Positions 1 to 10,025 of a stretch of DNA of 64,000 nt are shown in pieces (the first letter of the stretch is position 1; each line of letters opens with the position of its first letter). The position numbers and the translations under genes were made by a program. Location of the stretch: assembly GCA_963724295.1 (NCBI GenBank), contig CAVRUC010000005.1:32001-96000 (forward strand). Direction: 5' to 3'. The notes beneath the pieces are model-generated. The model ran no database searches. It was not told the DNA's origin and worked only from the letters and a program-made list of their open reading frames with translations. Source of the DNA: an uncultured Chloroflexia bacterium. GTDB lineage: Bacteria > Chloroflexota > Chloroflexia > Thermomicrobiales > UBA6265.

Positions 1-1718
1 CTCGCGTAAACCGCCTGTTCACACTTGCTCGGGCTGGTCGCGTGAGCCGCCGCCAACTTCTCGAAACTGGGTTGCGCCTCGGGCTCGCCTCACCCGTGAT
101 CTTGTCCTTGATGGAGGCTGCGCCCAAAGCCGCGTCCGCCGCGCCTGCGTCTCCGGCGGTTCATCTTGGCGCGTTCACGGCTCAGGCAGGAGTCCAGTGG
201 CACGCTGACCGTCCTCTGGACGTCCGGCACGGAGGATATCGACCCTCACTACACCTACTCCGATCCCGCCTCCTCAGTCGCACTGTTGGTGTACGAGATG
301 CTCTTGGTTCTCAAGGGCGACACTACCGACGAGTTCGAGCCAATGCTGGCCGAATCCTGGGAGGTCAGCGAGGATCAGTCAATTTACACATTCAAGCTCT
401 TACCCGGACGTGCTGTTCCACGACGGAACGCCAGCAAATGCTCAAGCCGTGAAAGATTCCTACACCCGATGGATCGAGCTGGAAGGCGGTCCCGTCAACG
501 TCATCACCCGATTCTGCGATTCGCCTGACAAGATGGAAGTCGTTGATGAAACGACGCTGCGTTTCAACCTCGGCAGGCCGCAGCCGCTTTTCCTTGCGGC
601 CATGGCGTCGTCTTATGGCCCGATGGTCATCAGCCCAACCGCGCTCGCTGCGAACGCCACGGCAGAAGATCCTTATGCTCATGAATGGGCGAAGGCAATT
701 TGCCGTCGGTAGTGGTCCCTACATGCTTGAGTCGAACTCGGTCAGCGACGGAATAACCTTAGCGAAATTCGATGACTACCATCGAGGATGGGAAGGCAAC
801 CACTTCGACAGCGTCATTTTTCGCGTTGTGCCGGAGGATGCAACGCGTCGACAACTGCTGGAGCGCGGTGAGGCCGACGGAACGACGAGCAACTTGACGA
901 TCGAGGCTCTGGACGCCCTACGCAGTAATCCCGCGGTTCAGGTCATCGAATATCCGACCACGAGGGTGACCTGGGACATCATGAACGCCCCACGACTCCT
1001 CAACAAGGAAGTCCGGCAGGGATTTTCGTACGCGTTCCCATACGACGAAGTTCTGAACGTCGTCTACAGGGGTCTCCTGAAGAGATCAGGCCCGATTGCC
1101 GACAGCTGTGCGCGGATATGACCCTGACGTGTTTCTCTATCAGACCGATCTGGACAAGGCAAAAGAACTGATCCTTGCAGGTGGCTTCAAGGAGGGGGAT
1201 GTCTTCGAGTACATGGTCGACGCGAACGAGGAGACAGACCAGACGGTCGCTCAGCTCTTCCAGGCCAACGTCCAGGCTATGGGCTTCAATCTCGAACTCA
1301 TCTCGGTCGACTATGCCACGATGGAGTCGACTGTCTATGGAGACGCCCCACCCGAGGAGCGCCCGCACTTTATCGGTCTCTGGGGCTGGTGGCCCGACTA
1401 CAACGACCCTTGGAACCAACTCTGGCCGAATTTCACGGAGGCCAACGTCGGTGGTGGCGGATCAAACGCGGGTGCATGGGTGAACTCAGCGCTTCGAAGA
1501 GATCATGGCGGAGGCAGAGCACTTCGAGAGCGAGGAGCAACTCGACGAACTGATGAAGGAAGCCCAGAACATCCTGACTGAGCAGGATCCGCCCGCCATC
1601 TACCATGGGCAACGGGCCGACTTCACAGTGCTCGGCGCTGACATCCAGGGGTTCGTCCCGAACCCGATTGTACTTCCTGGCCTACAACGCTTACGGCATG
1701 TCGAGGGCATCCTCCTGA
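1..1718 (+). pseudogene. Peptide/nickel ABC substrate-binding protein (SBP_bac_5, DppA/OppA-like), broken by six +1 frameshifts; 5' end lies before the window
   Basis: Consecutive ORF fragments (42, 166, 410, 543, 1096, 1505, last frame ending TGA 1716-1718) carry a Tat-like SRRQLL leader, PMLAESWEVSED..YTFKL..LFHDGTP, VGSGPY and VRQGFSYA motifs; lies upstream of dppBC-like permeases. Confidence 0.85.
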
Positions 1719-1781
1719 CGCGGCCACGGTTCCGTTGAGAGCGACTGCGCCGGTCGCGCCCACAAAGACAGTGATGGTGGC

Positions 1782-2789
1782 ATGCTCGTCAGGCTGATCG
1801 TTCGGCGGCTGATCTTTCTGATCTTCGTGCTCTTCGGCCTTTCGCTGATTACCTTTGGGCTTTCGCACATCATTCCCGGCGATCCAGCCCGCCTGATGGC
1901 CGGACCGCGCGCCGGGAAGAGCGCCGTGGAAAAGATCCGCGAGAAGTACGGGCTCAATGACCCGTTGCCCACGCAGTACGTGACCTACGTGCGAAATCTC
2001 GCCCACGGTGACTTCGGCACGTCGTTCACGACCAGGCGGCCGGTGAGCGACGATCTGAAGCGGTATCTGCCGGCCACGATCGAGCTGGGAGCTATCGCGT
2101 TCGTGATGTCGACATTGATCGGAATCCCCTTGGGGATTCTCTCCTCTGTACGGCGTGACAAGCTTCCCGACCACGTCGCGCGGTTCATCTCGATCTCGGG
2201 GCTGGCCCTGCCCGTTTTCTGGCTGGCGATCATGGCTCAGTTTGTGTTCTTCGGCCGGCTGGGCTGGCTTCCCGATGGAGCGCGCATTCCGATCGGCACG
2301 GATCCACCACCGACGGTTACCGGCATGTACACGATTGATTCGTTGCTCGCTGGCGACTGGGAGCTGTTTCGCGAATCCATTGTCCACCTCGTGATGCCGG
2401 CCACCGTGCTGGCCTACGGTTCGCTCGCCGTCGTCACGCGCATGGTCCGTGGCGGCATGCTCGAGGTTCTCAATCAGGACTACATCCGCACGGCCCGGGC
2501 GAAAGGCATCGCCCCGCGAACCGTCATCTTCGGGCACGCGGTCAAGAACGCCATGCTGCCGACAGTCACGTCGCTCGGGCTCCAGATTGGACTCCTCCTC
2601 TCAGGCGCGTTTCTGGTCGAGATCGTCTTCTCCTGGCCCGGTATCGGCAGGTACGCCGTCGAAGCGATCCAGCGGCTCGACTACAACGCCACCATGGCGA
2701 CGACATTGGTCATTGCCCTGATCTTCGTACTCATGAACCTTGTGGTTGACATCCTGTATCTCTTCCTCGATCCACGGATCGCGTACTGA
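1782..2789 (+). CDS. dppB: Peptide ABC transporter permease (DppB/OppB-like)
   Basis: PGDPA N-terminus, EAA-loop DYIRTARAKG, FSWPGIG. Confidence 0.9.
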   Translation: MLVRLIVRRLIFLIFVLFGLSLITFGLSHIIPGDPARLMAGPRAGKSAVEKIREKYGLNDPLPTQYVTYVRNLAHGDFGTSFTTRRPVSDDLKRYLPATIELGAIAFVMSTLIGIPLGILSSVRRDKLPDHVARFISISGLALPVFWLAIMAQFVFFGRLGWLPDGARIPIGTDPPPTVTGMYTIDSLLAGDWELFRESIVHLVMPATVLAYGSLAVVTRMVRGGMLEVLNQDYIRTARAKGIAPRTVIFGHAVKNAMLPTVTSLGLQIGLLLSGAFLVEIVFSWPGIGRYAVEAIQRLDYNATMATTLVIALIFVLMNLVVDILYLFLDPRIAY

Positions 2790-3739
2790 TGAGCCAGCAA
2801 TCCGCGGTCGGCTCTGAGTCCGCGGTCGCCGCGTATCCGGGCGATATCCCGAGCGCAGCCAGCGCTTCCCTCACCGGTGCTTCCGCGAGTCAGAGCCAGC
2901 TGCGCCGGAATCTGAAGCGGTTTCTCATCGGGAATAAGCTCAATCTCGTCGGCTTGATCATCGTGGTTGTCTTCTTCGCCCTCGCCATCTTTGGCCAGGC
3001 GCTCGCTCCATACGATCCCTACGCGCAGGACATCACTGGTTCGAAACTGCTGGGGCCGGATAGTTCTCATCCAATGGGCACTGACGAGCTTGGGCGCGAT
3101 CTTCTCAGCCGGGTCATGACCGGTACCCGCATCAGTCTTCAGGTCGCGGCCGTGGTGCTTACGTTCGCCGTGGTCTTCGGGACGCTGGTCGGGTCGGTCG
3201 CCGGCTACTTCGGCGGCATCGTGGACGAAATCCTGATGCGCTTCACTGACATGTTCCTGGCCTTTCCGGCCCTGATCCTGGCCATCGCGATCGCCGCGTC
3301 GCTCGGCCGCGAGCTTCACTGGACGATGGTCGCGCTGGCGACGGTCTTCTGGCCCTGGTACGCCCGTCTCGTGCGCGGCCAGATTCTGTCCATTCGGGAG
3401 CGTGACTATGTCACGGCCGCGGAAAGCATCGGCATGTCCGGCCCGCGTCTGCTTGTCAGGCACATTCTGCCCAACGCCATCTCGGTGATCATCATCCAGC
3501 TCACGCTCGACGTCGGTTACGCGATTCTGGCGACCAGCTCGCTCTCGTTCATCGGCCTCGGCGCGCAACCGCCCTCACCGGAATGGGGCACCATGATGTC
3601 GACAGCCCGCAATTACTTCCGGGAGGCATGGTGGTACACGACCTTCCCTGGTCTCGCCCTGACCCTGACCGTCTTTGCCTTCAACGTTCTCGGCGACGGT
3701 CTGCAGGATGCCCTCGACCCGCGTTCGGGCCGTCGCTAG
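2789..3739 (+). CDS. dppC: Peptide ABC transporter permease (DppC/OppC-like)
   Basis: HPMGTDELGRD, HILPN, LSFIGLG..PEWG, LGDGLQDALDPR; 1-nt overlap with the upstream stop. Confidence 0.9.
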   Translation: MSQQSAVGSESAVAAYPGDIPSAASASLTGASASQSQLRRNLKRFLIGNKLNLVGLIIVVVFFALAIFGQALAPYDPYAQDITGSKLLGPDSSHPMGTDELGRDLLSRVMTGTRISLQVAAVVLTFAVVFGTLVGSVAGYFGGIVDEILMRFTDMFLAFPALILAIAIAASLGRELHWTMVALATVFWPWYARLVRGQILSIRERDYVTAAESIGMSGPRLLVRHILPNAISVIIIQLTLDVGYAILATSSLSFIGLGAQPPSPEWGTMMSTARNYFREAWWYTTFPGLALTLTVFAFNVLGDGLQDALDPRSGRR

Positions 3740-3755
3740 CCCGGTGACGGACAGT

Positions 3756-4289
3756 TCAGGCATTCGTCGGATTCTCGTCGGTCACGTCACTAATGCCGGC
3801 TCGGAACACGCTGACGACCTCGTTCGGAATCCGGCGAGGCTGACCCTGGTTGTTGGCAAAGACCCACTCGGTGGTGGCTCGGGCCGCGAGTGCGTCCTCG
3901 GTCGTTGTCTCTGACCAGGTCATTGCACGTCCCCGAACGGGCACTTCGGTTACCTGTCCTAGCTCGCGAAACACCAGATACTGCCGGTCGACGCGCGCGC
4001 CGCGCGGCTCACCCAACCACGTAACGATCCGCAACAGGTCCCCCGCGAACGTAGGCTTCATGAACACGATTTCGTGACGACGAGCCACGAACACGCCGCC
4101 CAGGTCCTGAAGCCGCGCGAGATCGAGACCGAGGTACGTCGCGTGGTCGATTGCTGCTTGTTCGAGGTAATTGAGATAGGCCGCATTGTTGACGTGACCG
4201 AGTGCATCGACCTCATGGAACCGGACTCGGAAAAAGGTCTCGAATGCTGGAACGCCCGGATCCGGGAGGGAACCCGGATCAAGGGTCAT
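3756..4289 (-). CDS. Acyl-CoA thioesterase (4HBT/YbgC-like hot-dog fold)
   Basis: VRFHEVDALGHVNNAAYLNYLEQA motif. Confidence 0.85.
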   Translation of the reverse strand: MTLDPGSLPDPGVPAFETFFRVRFHEVDALGHVNNAAYLNYLEQAAIDHATYLGLDLARLQDLGGVFVARRHEIVFMKPTFAGDLLRIVTWLGEPRGARVDRQYLVFRELGQVTEVPVRGRAMTWSETTTEDALAARATTEWVFANNQGQPRRIPNEVVSVFRAGISDVTDENPTNA

Positions 4290-6169
4290 GCCGCGGTGCC
4301 CTCACGCGCCATGCGGGCTGGTACGAAGAGTTGCGATTCTGTCGGTTCGACTATTTGCTGAAAGATCCTGCGCAGGATGGCGACCGTGGAAGCGTAGGTC
4401 GAATCCATCCCGTGGTAGGACAGGCCCCGCGCTCCCAGCGTCTGCGCCCGTGTGTATGGCGTGTCCGATGCGTAGTGGATGATCCCCAGGTCGAGCGATC
4501 CAGGCCGGTGCGTCTGCAAGTTGATGGCCTCGCCCGACGGATAGCGGCGCAGGAAGAGATCTTCATAGAGCGCGTTCAGATAGGGCCCGGCCTCCATCTC
4601 CACGACGGTGAAATTCTCGCGGTAGAAGAAGTCGAGGTACCCCTCGTTCTGCAGGAACGTCCCTTTGACAGTGACCGCCTTCTGGTTGTCGAGCGCCGCG
4701 CCGTACTCCAGGTACGGCGCCAGGTCGGCATAGCTGAACGCATTCTCGAACCAGTAGGTGTTGCCCGAGTGTTCGTCATAGACAACATCGGAGATCATGA
4801 CATCGCCGATACGTCCATTGAGCGTTGCCGCCTTGCCGAGGATGTAGATCCCCTGCAGTTCGTCGGTGGTCATCCCAATCTGAGTCATGATGTTGTAGGC
4901 CGCTAGACCGAGCGGGTAGTTGACGTTGACGATGATCGCGTCCGAGCTCCGGGGGTCGAGACAGACGCCATCGGCTCCGCAGAGTCTCGGATCGAACTGG
5001 GATGGGTCGAGCTTGGCCAGCTCGATAATCTGAATGCCGACGTCGATCGGGCCGCTGGCGTCGATGTGGTGGATGCCAATGGCCTGCTCTTCGTGGCTTC
5101 GCTTCCCGCGCTCGCTCGCCCGGTCGGCACTGGTGAAGTACTGGCGAGCGGCAAAGTAGAGCAAGTTCTCCCAGTTCGAGCGACTCGTGCCCGCTTCCAG
5201 CTGCGCCAGCTCTTCCTTCAGCTCGGCCGAGCCGTGAGCCCGGATGAACGCGGTGAGATCATTTTTTCGCCGTCGCGCCGTCCCGGAAAGGACGTTCACG
5301 ATGGAATGGGTGTTCGAGGAAACGAAGTAGACGGGCCGTTCCGCGGCGCCCAGCCCGTGCAGCACGCGTTCTGCCGGAAGCCACCATTGATGGGTGGCCC
5401 TGGCATTGCCAAGATGGCTGCCGCCGATCATCTGCACCGTGTATCGCTTGCGGCTCTGCGCGACGAGATCGAGGTTCCGCCACAGCGAGGCGCCCCAGAC
5501 GCTCTGCAACCGCTGCCAATCTCCTGGCTGCAGTCGGAGCTTCTCGCCGGCCAATGCCAGCTCGTCGTCATCGAGACGCTCGCCGGCCGCTCCGCGCGCG
5601 ATGAGCTCGCGCAAGTCCGGGTCGGCGGCAGCGATGCCGTGCATCTTGTTCCACTCGATCTGGTACGCCACGATCGAGGGGATGAGGTCGTCGAGATCGG
5701 ACGCCGAAGCGATGGTCGCGGCCAGCGTGCGACCCCCGTCATACCGCCAGCGACGACGGCGCCCGGGAGCTGAGGCGATCTGCCATGTCTCCATGCCGGA
5801 ATAGCCGGCACGCCGGAAGCCACGGGCCGACTGGCCGAGCACGATGTCCGTGACATCCACGATGCAATCCGGCAGCCGTTGCGCCGAATACATGAAGGCA
5901 TTCAGATCGGGGTCCGGTTCGGCAGCGCCCGCGTGCAGTGACGAGGCCGCGGTGAGGTGGGCCGGGATCAGGCTGGAGACCGGAATAGCACCCGAGCTCT
6001 GTAGCAGAGTGGTGTAGGTCCGGACGTAGAGATCGACTTCTCGTTTTCCGGGAATCCGCTGCGATGCATCGATCCCGGGCCGTGCTCTACGCTCGCCCGG
6101 AAAAAGCTCGTCCTGCTCAGTATCGAGGTCGAGGCTCTGTGTCATTGCGTCGGAGAAGACTTCTCGCAT
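4286..6169 (-). CDS. Uncharacterised protein (DUF6909-like) with a C-terminal nucleoside-phosphorylase/AMP-nucleosidase-like fold
   Basis: 627-aa ORF; ILGKAATLNGRIGDVMI, TVKGTFLQ, VVEMEAGPY and IIHYASD resemble PNP_UDP_1 motifs; start could be 6145. Confidence 0.65.
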   Translation of the reverse strand: MREVFSDAMTQSLDLDTEQDELFPGERRARPGIDASQRIPGKREVDLYVRTYTTLLQSSGAIPVSSLIPAHLTAASSLHAGAAEPDPDLNAFMYSAQRLPDCIVDVTDIVLGQSARGFRRAGYSGMETWQIASAPGRRRRWRYDGGRTLAATIASASDLDDLIPSIVAYQIEWNKMHGIAAADPDLRELIARGAAGERLDDDELALAGEKLRLQPGDWQRLQSVWGASLWRNLDLVAQSRKRYTVQMIGGSHLGNARATHQWWLPAERVLHGLGAAERPVYFVSSNTHSIVNVLSGTARRRKNDLTAFIRAHGSAELKEELAQLEAGTSRSNWENLLYFAARQYFTSADRASERGKRSHEEQAIGIHHIDASGPIDVGIQIIELAKLDPSQFDPRLCGADGVCLDPRSSDAIIVNVNYPLGLAAYNIMTQIGMTTDELQGIYILGKAATLNGRIGDVMISDVVYDEHSGNTYWFENAFSYADLAPYLEYGAALDNQKAVTVKGTFLQNEGYLDFFYRENFTVVEMEAGPYLNALYEDLFLRRYPSGEAINLQTHRPGSLDLGIIHYASDTPYTRAQTLGARGLSYHGMDSTYASTVAILRRIFQQIVEPTESQLFVPARMAREGTAA

Positions 6170-6256
6170 GCTGCCATCGAGCGGTTACGACCATTGCGGT
6201 TCAAGTATAGACCAGGCCAAATCCAGCTCCCGGACGTGTGTCGAGCGCCGGTTTTA

Positions 6257-7540
6257 TCACGTGACACCGCACCAGTTGGCGATGAACACCGCGGTCGTCG
6301 TGATCGCGGTGAGCAGGTCATCCACCGGGATTGACTCATCGGGAGCGTGCGCGAGCCGGACATCCCCGGCCCCGAACATCACGCACGGCACACCACCGGC
6401 GACAACAAAGTGGCGCATATCCGCGCCGTATGTCACGCCTTCTATCAGAGCCGGTGATGAGCTCGTTGTCTGCCAGGCGTGACGCAGCGTCTCGACTAGC
6501 GGCGAGTCCACCTCGATCCCGGCGGGCGCGAACTGCCCGTTGAGCCATGTCACGTGTGGCGGGTGATCCCGCAGCCAGGGATCAGCGTCCGCCAGCCTCG
6601 CGATCTCGCCGGCCAGCTCGGCCTTGAACGTTGACAAGTCTTCGCCGGGCACGAGTCCGGCGCGACCCTCCGCGATGAGCCATTCAGGCACGGAGGACGC
6701 CCAGGAGCCGCTGCGGAGGACGCCGATGTTGATCGGTGCCTTGATTTGCTTTCCCTCGTAAAGTGGATGCGTGATCTCCGCATTCCGGCGGTGCTCGAAT
6801 GCGAGCAGGCCCTTATGGAGATAGGCGAACTTCTCGACGGCGCTCACCCCTTCATCGCGGACGCAGGCATGCGCCGAGAGCCCCGGCACCTGCAGCCGGA
6901 ACATCAGCGCTCCGCCCTGCGCGGTCACGATGGCGAGGTTCGTCGGCTCGGAGATGATCGCGCCGTCGGCAACGTACCCCCGCAAGACAGCGGCCAGCGC
7001 GCCGGCGCCACCATCTTCTTCTGAGACGGTGCTCTCGACAATGACATCGCCATTGGGAGTGAATCCCGCCTGTTGGAGTGCCCGCAAGGCGAAGAGATTG
7101 GCGACGATGCCGCCCTTCATGTCGCAAGCGCCCCGGCCATAGAGGCGCCCGTGAATGACATCGCCATCAAGCGGTGGATAACACCAGGCGTCCGGATCGC
7201 CGACCTCTACCGTGTCGATGTGCCCATTCAGGATCAGGGAGCGTCCACTTCCCTGACCCCGATGGACTCCCACAACGTTCGGCCGGCCGTCGAAGCCACC
7301 GGTGAGCGTGACCGACTCCGCATGTTGCTCCAGCGCGGTGACGTCCGGCTCCCAGACGTCTACTTCGAGGCCGTGAGCGCGCATCAATCGCGCGACCGCC
7401 TCCTGCGCCAGACCTTCCGAGCCGGTCTGACTCGGGATGCGCACGAGCTCCTGTAGGGCTGAAACGATCTCCGGTCGCAGGGCACTGACCGCCTCAGCAA
7501 CTGGCTGCTCGATGCCGGCTGTCTTGTCCATCACACTCAC
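6257..7540 (-). CDS. ArgE/DapE-family M20 deacylase
   Basis: LILNGHIDTV, LYGRGACDMKGG, SEEDGG, EPT, AHAPDE; GTG start overlaps the upstream stop (alternative ATG 7531). Confidence 0.9.
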   Translation of the reverse strand: MSVMDKTAGIEQPVAEAVSALRPEIVSALQELVRIPSQTGSEGLAQEAVARLMRAHGLEVDVWEPDVTALEQHAESVTLTGGFDGRPNVVGVHRGQGSGRSLILNGHIDTVEVGDPDAWCYPPLDGDVIHGRLYGRGACDMKGGIVANLFALRALQQAGFTPNGDVIVESTVSEEDGGAGALAAVLRGYVADGAIISEPTNLAIVTAQGGALMFRLQVPGLSAHACVRDEGVSAVEKFAYLHKGLLAFEHRRNAEITHPLYEGKQIKAPINIGVLRSGSWASSVPEWLIAEGRAGLVPGEDLSTFKAELAGEIARLADADPWLRDHPPHVTWLNGQFAPAGIEVDSPLVETLRHAWQTTSSSPALIEGVTYGADMRHFVVAGGVPCVMFGAGDVRLAHAPDESIPVDDLLTAITTTAVFIANWCGVT

Positions 7541-8139
7541 GTCACTGATCCTGAGTGCGCGGGATCTCGGTGGTCGGGCAGCGGCGTAACCGACAACGCG
7601 ACGAGATCCCGGCGCATGCCGTCGCCGGCACATCTATCCCACACCTCTCGGAACCGGGCGTAGGCCGCTCGCCGGCCGGCGTGTTCACGTGCCAGAAGCG
7701 CGATCAGGCCGCGGCGCGGATCATCCGGCGGCGGTCGCAGCGCGACGGCGGCAATTGCGGCAAGTTCGTCGGGAGAGGCGTCGGCAATATCTGATCGCGT
7801 CTTCCGGCTTTGCTCGACCATCAGGCCAGAGAGCTCGTCGCCAATGAGGTCGATGCGGACGTCGTGGTCATGCAATGCGCCGAGTGTCTCCTGGATTTTT
7901 TTCACGCGCTCGATCTGCCGCTCACCCGCTTTCCCGAACTGAGGTCGAAAAAGCTCGAGGGTATAGCGCAGGCGCTTGGCTGAGATTCTCAGGTCATGCA
8001 GTGCCTCGGAGAGCTCCGGGTGCCGGACGATCGGTTCGAAGGAATAGAACTCGGCGATCCGTACCGCCAGGATGCGCCGCGCATTATCGATAACCGACGC
8101 ATCCGGGTCGACGTCGTCGACCGACCAGGCCCGGCTCAC
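7537..8139 (-). CDS. CHAD domain protein (polyphosphate-binding)
   Basis: ALHDLRISAKRLRYTLE and QETLGALHDHDV CHAD motifs; GTG 8139 overlaps the upstream stop. Confidence 0.85.
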   Translation of the reverse strand: MSRAWSVDDVDPDASVIDNARRILAVRIAEFYSFEPIVRHPELSEALHDLRISAKRLRYTLELFRPQFGKAGERQIERVKKIQETLGALHDHDVRIDLIGDELSGLMVEQSRKTRSDIADASPDELAAIAAVALRPPPDDPRRGLIALLAREHAGRRAAYARFREVWDRCAGDGMRRDLVALSVTPLPDHRDPAHSGSVT

Positions 8140-9626
8140 GATGCGCGTCCCTCTTGCATGTCTGACCCGTTCGCCGGCGCCTGGGTGAGCCCGAAACGGC
8201 GCTCCAGCTCGCTGCGCAGCGGACCGTCCAGGAGTTGACGGAGATATCGCTCCATCTCCACCCGAGCCGCGGCGCGTTCGCATTCGGCGCGTTCGATCAG
8301 CCGGTCGATCCCGGGGTGCTCGGCAAGGGGCGCCGCGCTTCGGTCGGCACGGAGCGCTTCCAGCAAGACGTCCCGATCCCGGACCTCTCCCAGCGCGCCG
8401 GTGATCTCCTTTGCGGTCCGTTGCAGCGGCTTGTACCACTTCCCTGTAAATGCTGGCGCGGCAACATCCATCGCCGCCCGTAGCCGGCGCGACGCAACGC
8501 GAACGTCGTGGACTCCTTCGATATCGGTGCCCTCAAGAGCGGCTGGAATCGCCTCCCAGACGGCCTGCCAGCGCTCGGCGATCAGGGCTCGCATCGTCTC
8601 CCGGAAATTCCTGTCCGCTGCTTCCGGCTGGAGCTTCTCCAGCCTGCCGGCGTTGCGCGGCTGCTCGTCTGCTCCGTCGATTTTCGTCGCTGAACCATCC
8701 GTAGCGACTATGTCGTCGCCGTAGAGCGCCTCGAGAAGCAAACCCGTTCGTATCCCGCTTCGCGCAATCTCGATCCGGTCCGAGCGCAAGCACGAGGCGA
8801 TCGAGGCAACGATGGCAACGCCCGCCGGGAGCACCCGTGCCCGGGCCTCGGGAATTTCGATCTCGTCGGCAACCTCGGCGGCCGTCAACGTGAGCAATTT
8901 TGCCAGTACGGTGCGCACGGCCTGCAGGTCGATATGCTGGTCGTCGGCAACCAGCCGGGCCATATATTCTCCGGTTCCGCCAACCACGATCAGCCGATCT
9001 GGCACCCCCGACGGCAGACCAAGCGGCTGCCACGTTTCAATCACCGTCCTGGCCTCGCTCTCGCAAGCCGCGATCTCATCCGGGCGCGGCGGATCGGCAA
9101 CCACGAAACGGTCGGTCAGCCGGCCTGAACCCAACGGCAAAGACCTAACCGTCTGTATCTTGCCGTCCCGTGCCGAAATCAGCTCGGTACTGCCTCCGCC
9201 GATATCGGCGACCGCGAGAAAACCGGCCAGATCTGTGTCGACTGCCAGGCCGCGGAACATCAATCCGGCTTCGACTTCACCGTCAACGACGCGAACGTCG
9301 ATGCCGCTCTCCGCTCGCACCCGCTCGAGGAACCTCCCGCCATTCGTCGCGGCTCGCGTCGCCTCTGTCGCCACCGCGACGATCCGCGTGGCGCCACGTT
9401 CGCGCGCCTGGGCCGCAAACCGTTTCAGTGTCTCAATAGCGGCCTCGATTCGCTCTTCGTCGAGGAGCCCTGTCTGATCGAGACCCTGTCCCAGGCGAAC
9501 GACTTCTGACGCCCAGTCGACCTGGTCGATCCCACCCTCGCCGTTGGCGCAACCAATCGTCATCTTGATCGAGTTCGAGCCGATGTCGATCGCCGCGGCC
9601 ATTGCCCGCGGGGATTGTGCCGTCAT
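8136..9626 (-). CDS. ppx: Ppx/GppA exopolyphosphatase fused to a C-terminal CHAD domain
   Basis: AIDIGSNS, VATEATR, DIGGGSTE, LPLGSGRL; C-terminal VHDVRVASRRLRAA..LGEVRDRDV. Confidence 0.85.
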   Translation of the reverse strand: MTAQSPRAMAAAIDIGSNSIKMTIGCANGEGGIDQVDWASEVVRLGQGLDQTGLLDEERIEAAIETLKRFAAQARERGATRIVAVATEATRAATNGGRFLERVRAESGIDVRVVDGEVEAGLMFRGLAVDTDLAGFLAVADIGGGSTELISARDGKIQTVRSLPLGSGRLTDRFVVADPPRPDEIAACESEARTVIETWQPLGLPSGVPDRLIVVGGTGEYMARLVADDQHIDLQAVRTVLAKLLTLTAAEVADEIEIPEARARVLPAGVAIVASIASCLRSDRIEIARSGIRTGLLLEALYGDDIVATDGSATKIDGADEQPRNAGRLEKLQPEAADRNFRETMRALIAERWQAVWEAIPAALEGTDIEGVHDVRVASRRLRAAMDVAAPAFTGKWYKPLQRTAKEITGALGEVRDRDVLLEALRADRSAAPLAEHPGIDRLIERAECERAAARVEMERYLRQLLDGPLRSELERRFGLTQAPANGSDMQEGRAS

Positions 9627-9752
9627 GCCACGCGCCAGCTTGAAGTTCCCGGACCGGGCCGCGAGGGTATCATGCCGGACAGTCTAGCGGCTGACGGGAA
9701 GGCGCGAGTGCCGGCATTCGGTCACGGAGCGCCCAAGTACCGGAAGGAACGC

Positions 9753-10025
9753 ATGGCCACCAGTCCCCACGACCCGGATAGGCAGAGCCGAACGGTGGAG
9801 CTCCTCAGCGCCGGAGCCGCGGCGGAGCTGGGTCTGCTCCGCAGGGAGCGCAAGGCAGAGAATCGTCTTGCGGAGGCCCTGGCCTCGCTCGCCAGCGATG
9901 AAGCTCGCTTGCTGCGAGCGCAGCACCGGCTGGAGCGCAGTCGAGAATCTGTTGCCGTCGCCGAGGCAACCCTGCGCGAGGTTCAAGCGCGCCGCGCCGC
10001 CGGCCCCACGCAACTTCAGGATTGA
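9753..10025 (+). CDS. Small hypothetical coiled-coil protein
   Basis: AAGGA RBS before ATG 9753; 90-aa Ala/Glu/Arg-rich helical sequence. Confidence 0.55.
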   Translation: MATSPHDPDRQSRTVELLSAGAAAELGLLRRERKAENRLAEALASLASDEARLLRAQHRLERSRESVAVAEATLREVQARRAAGPTQLQD

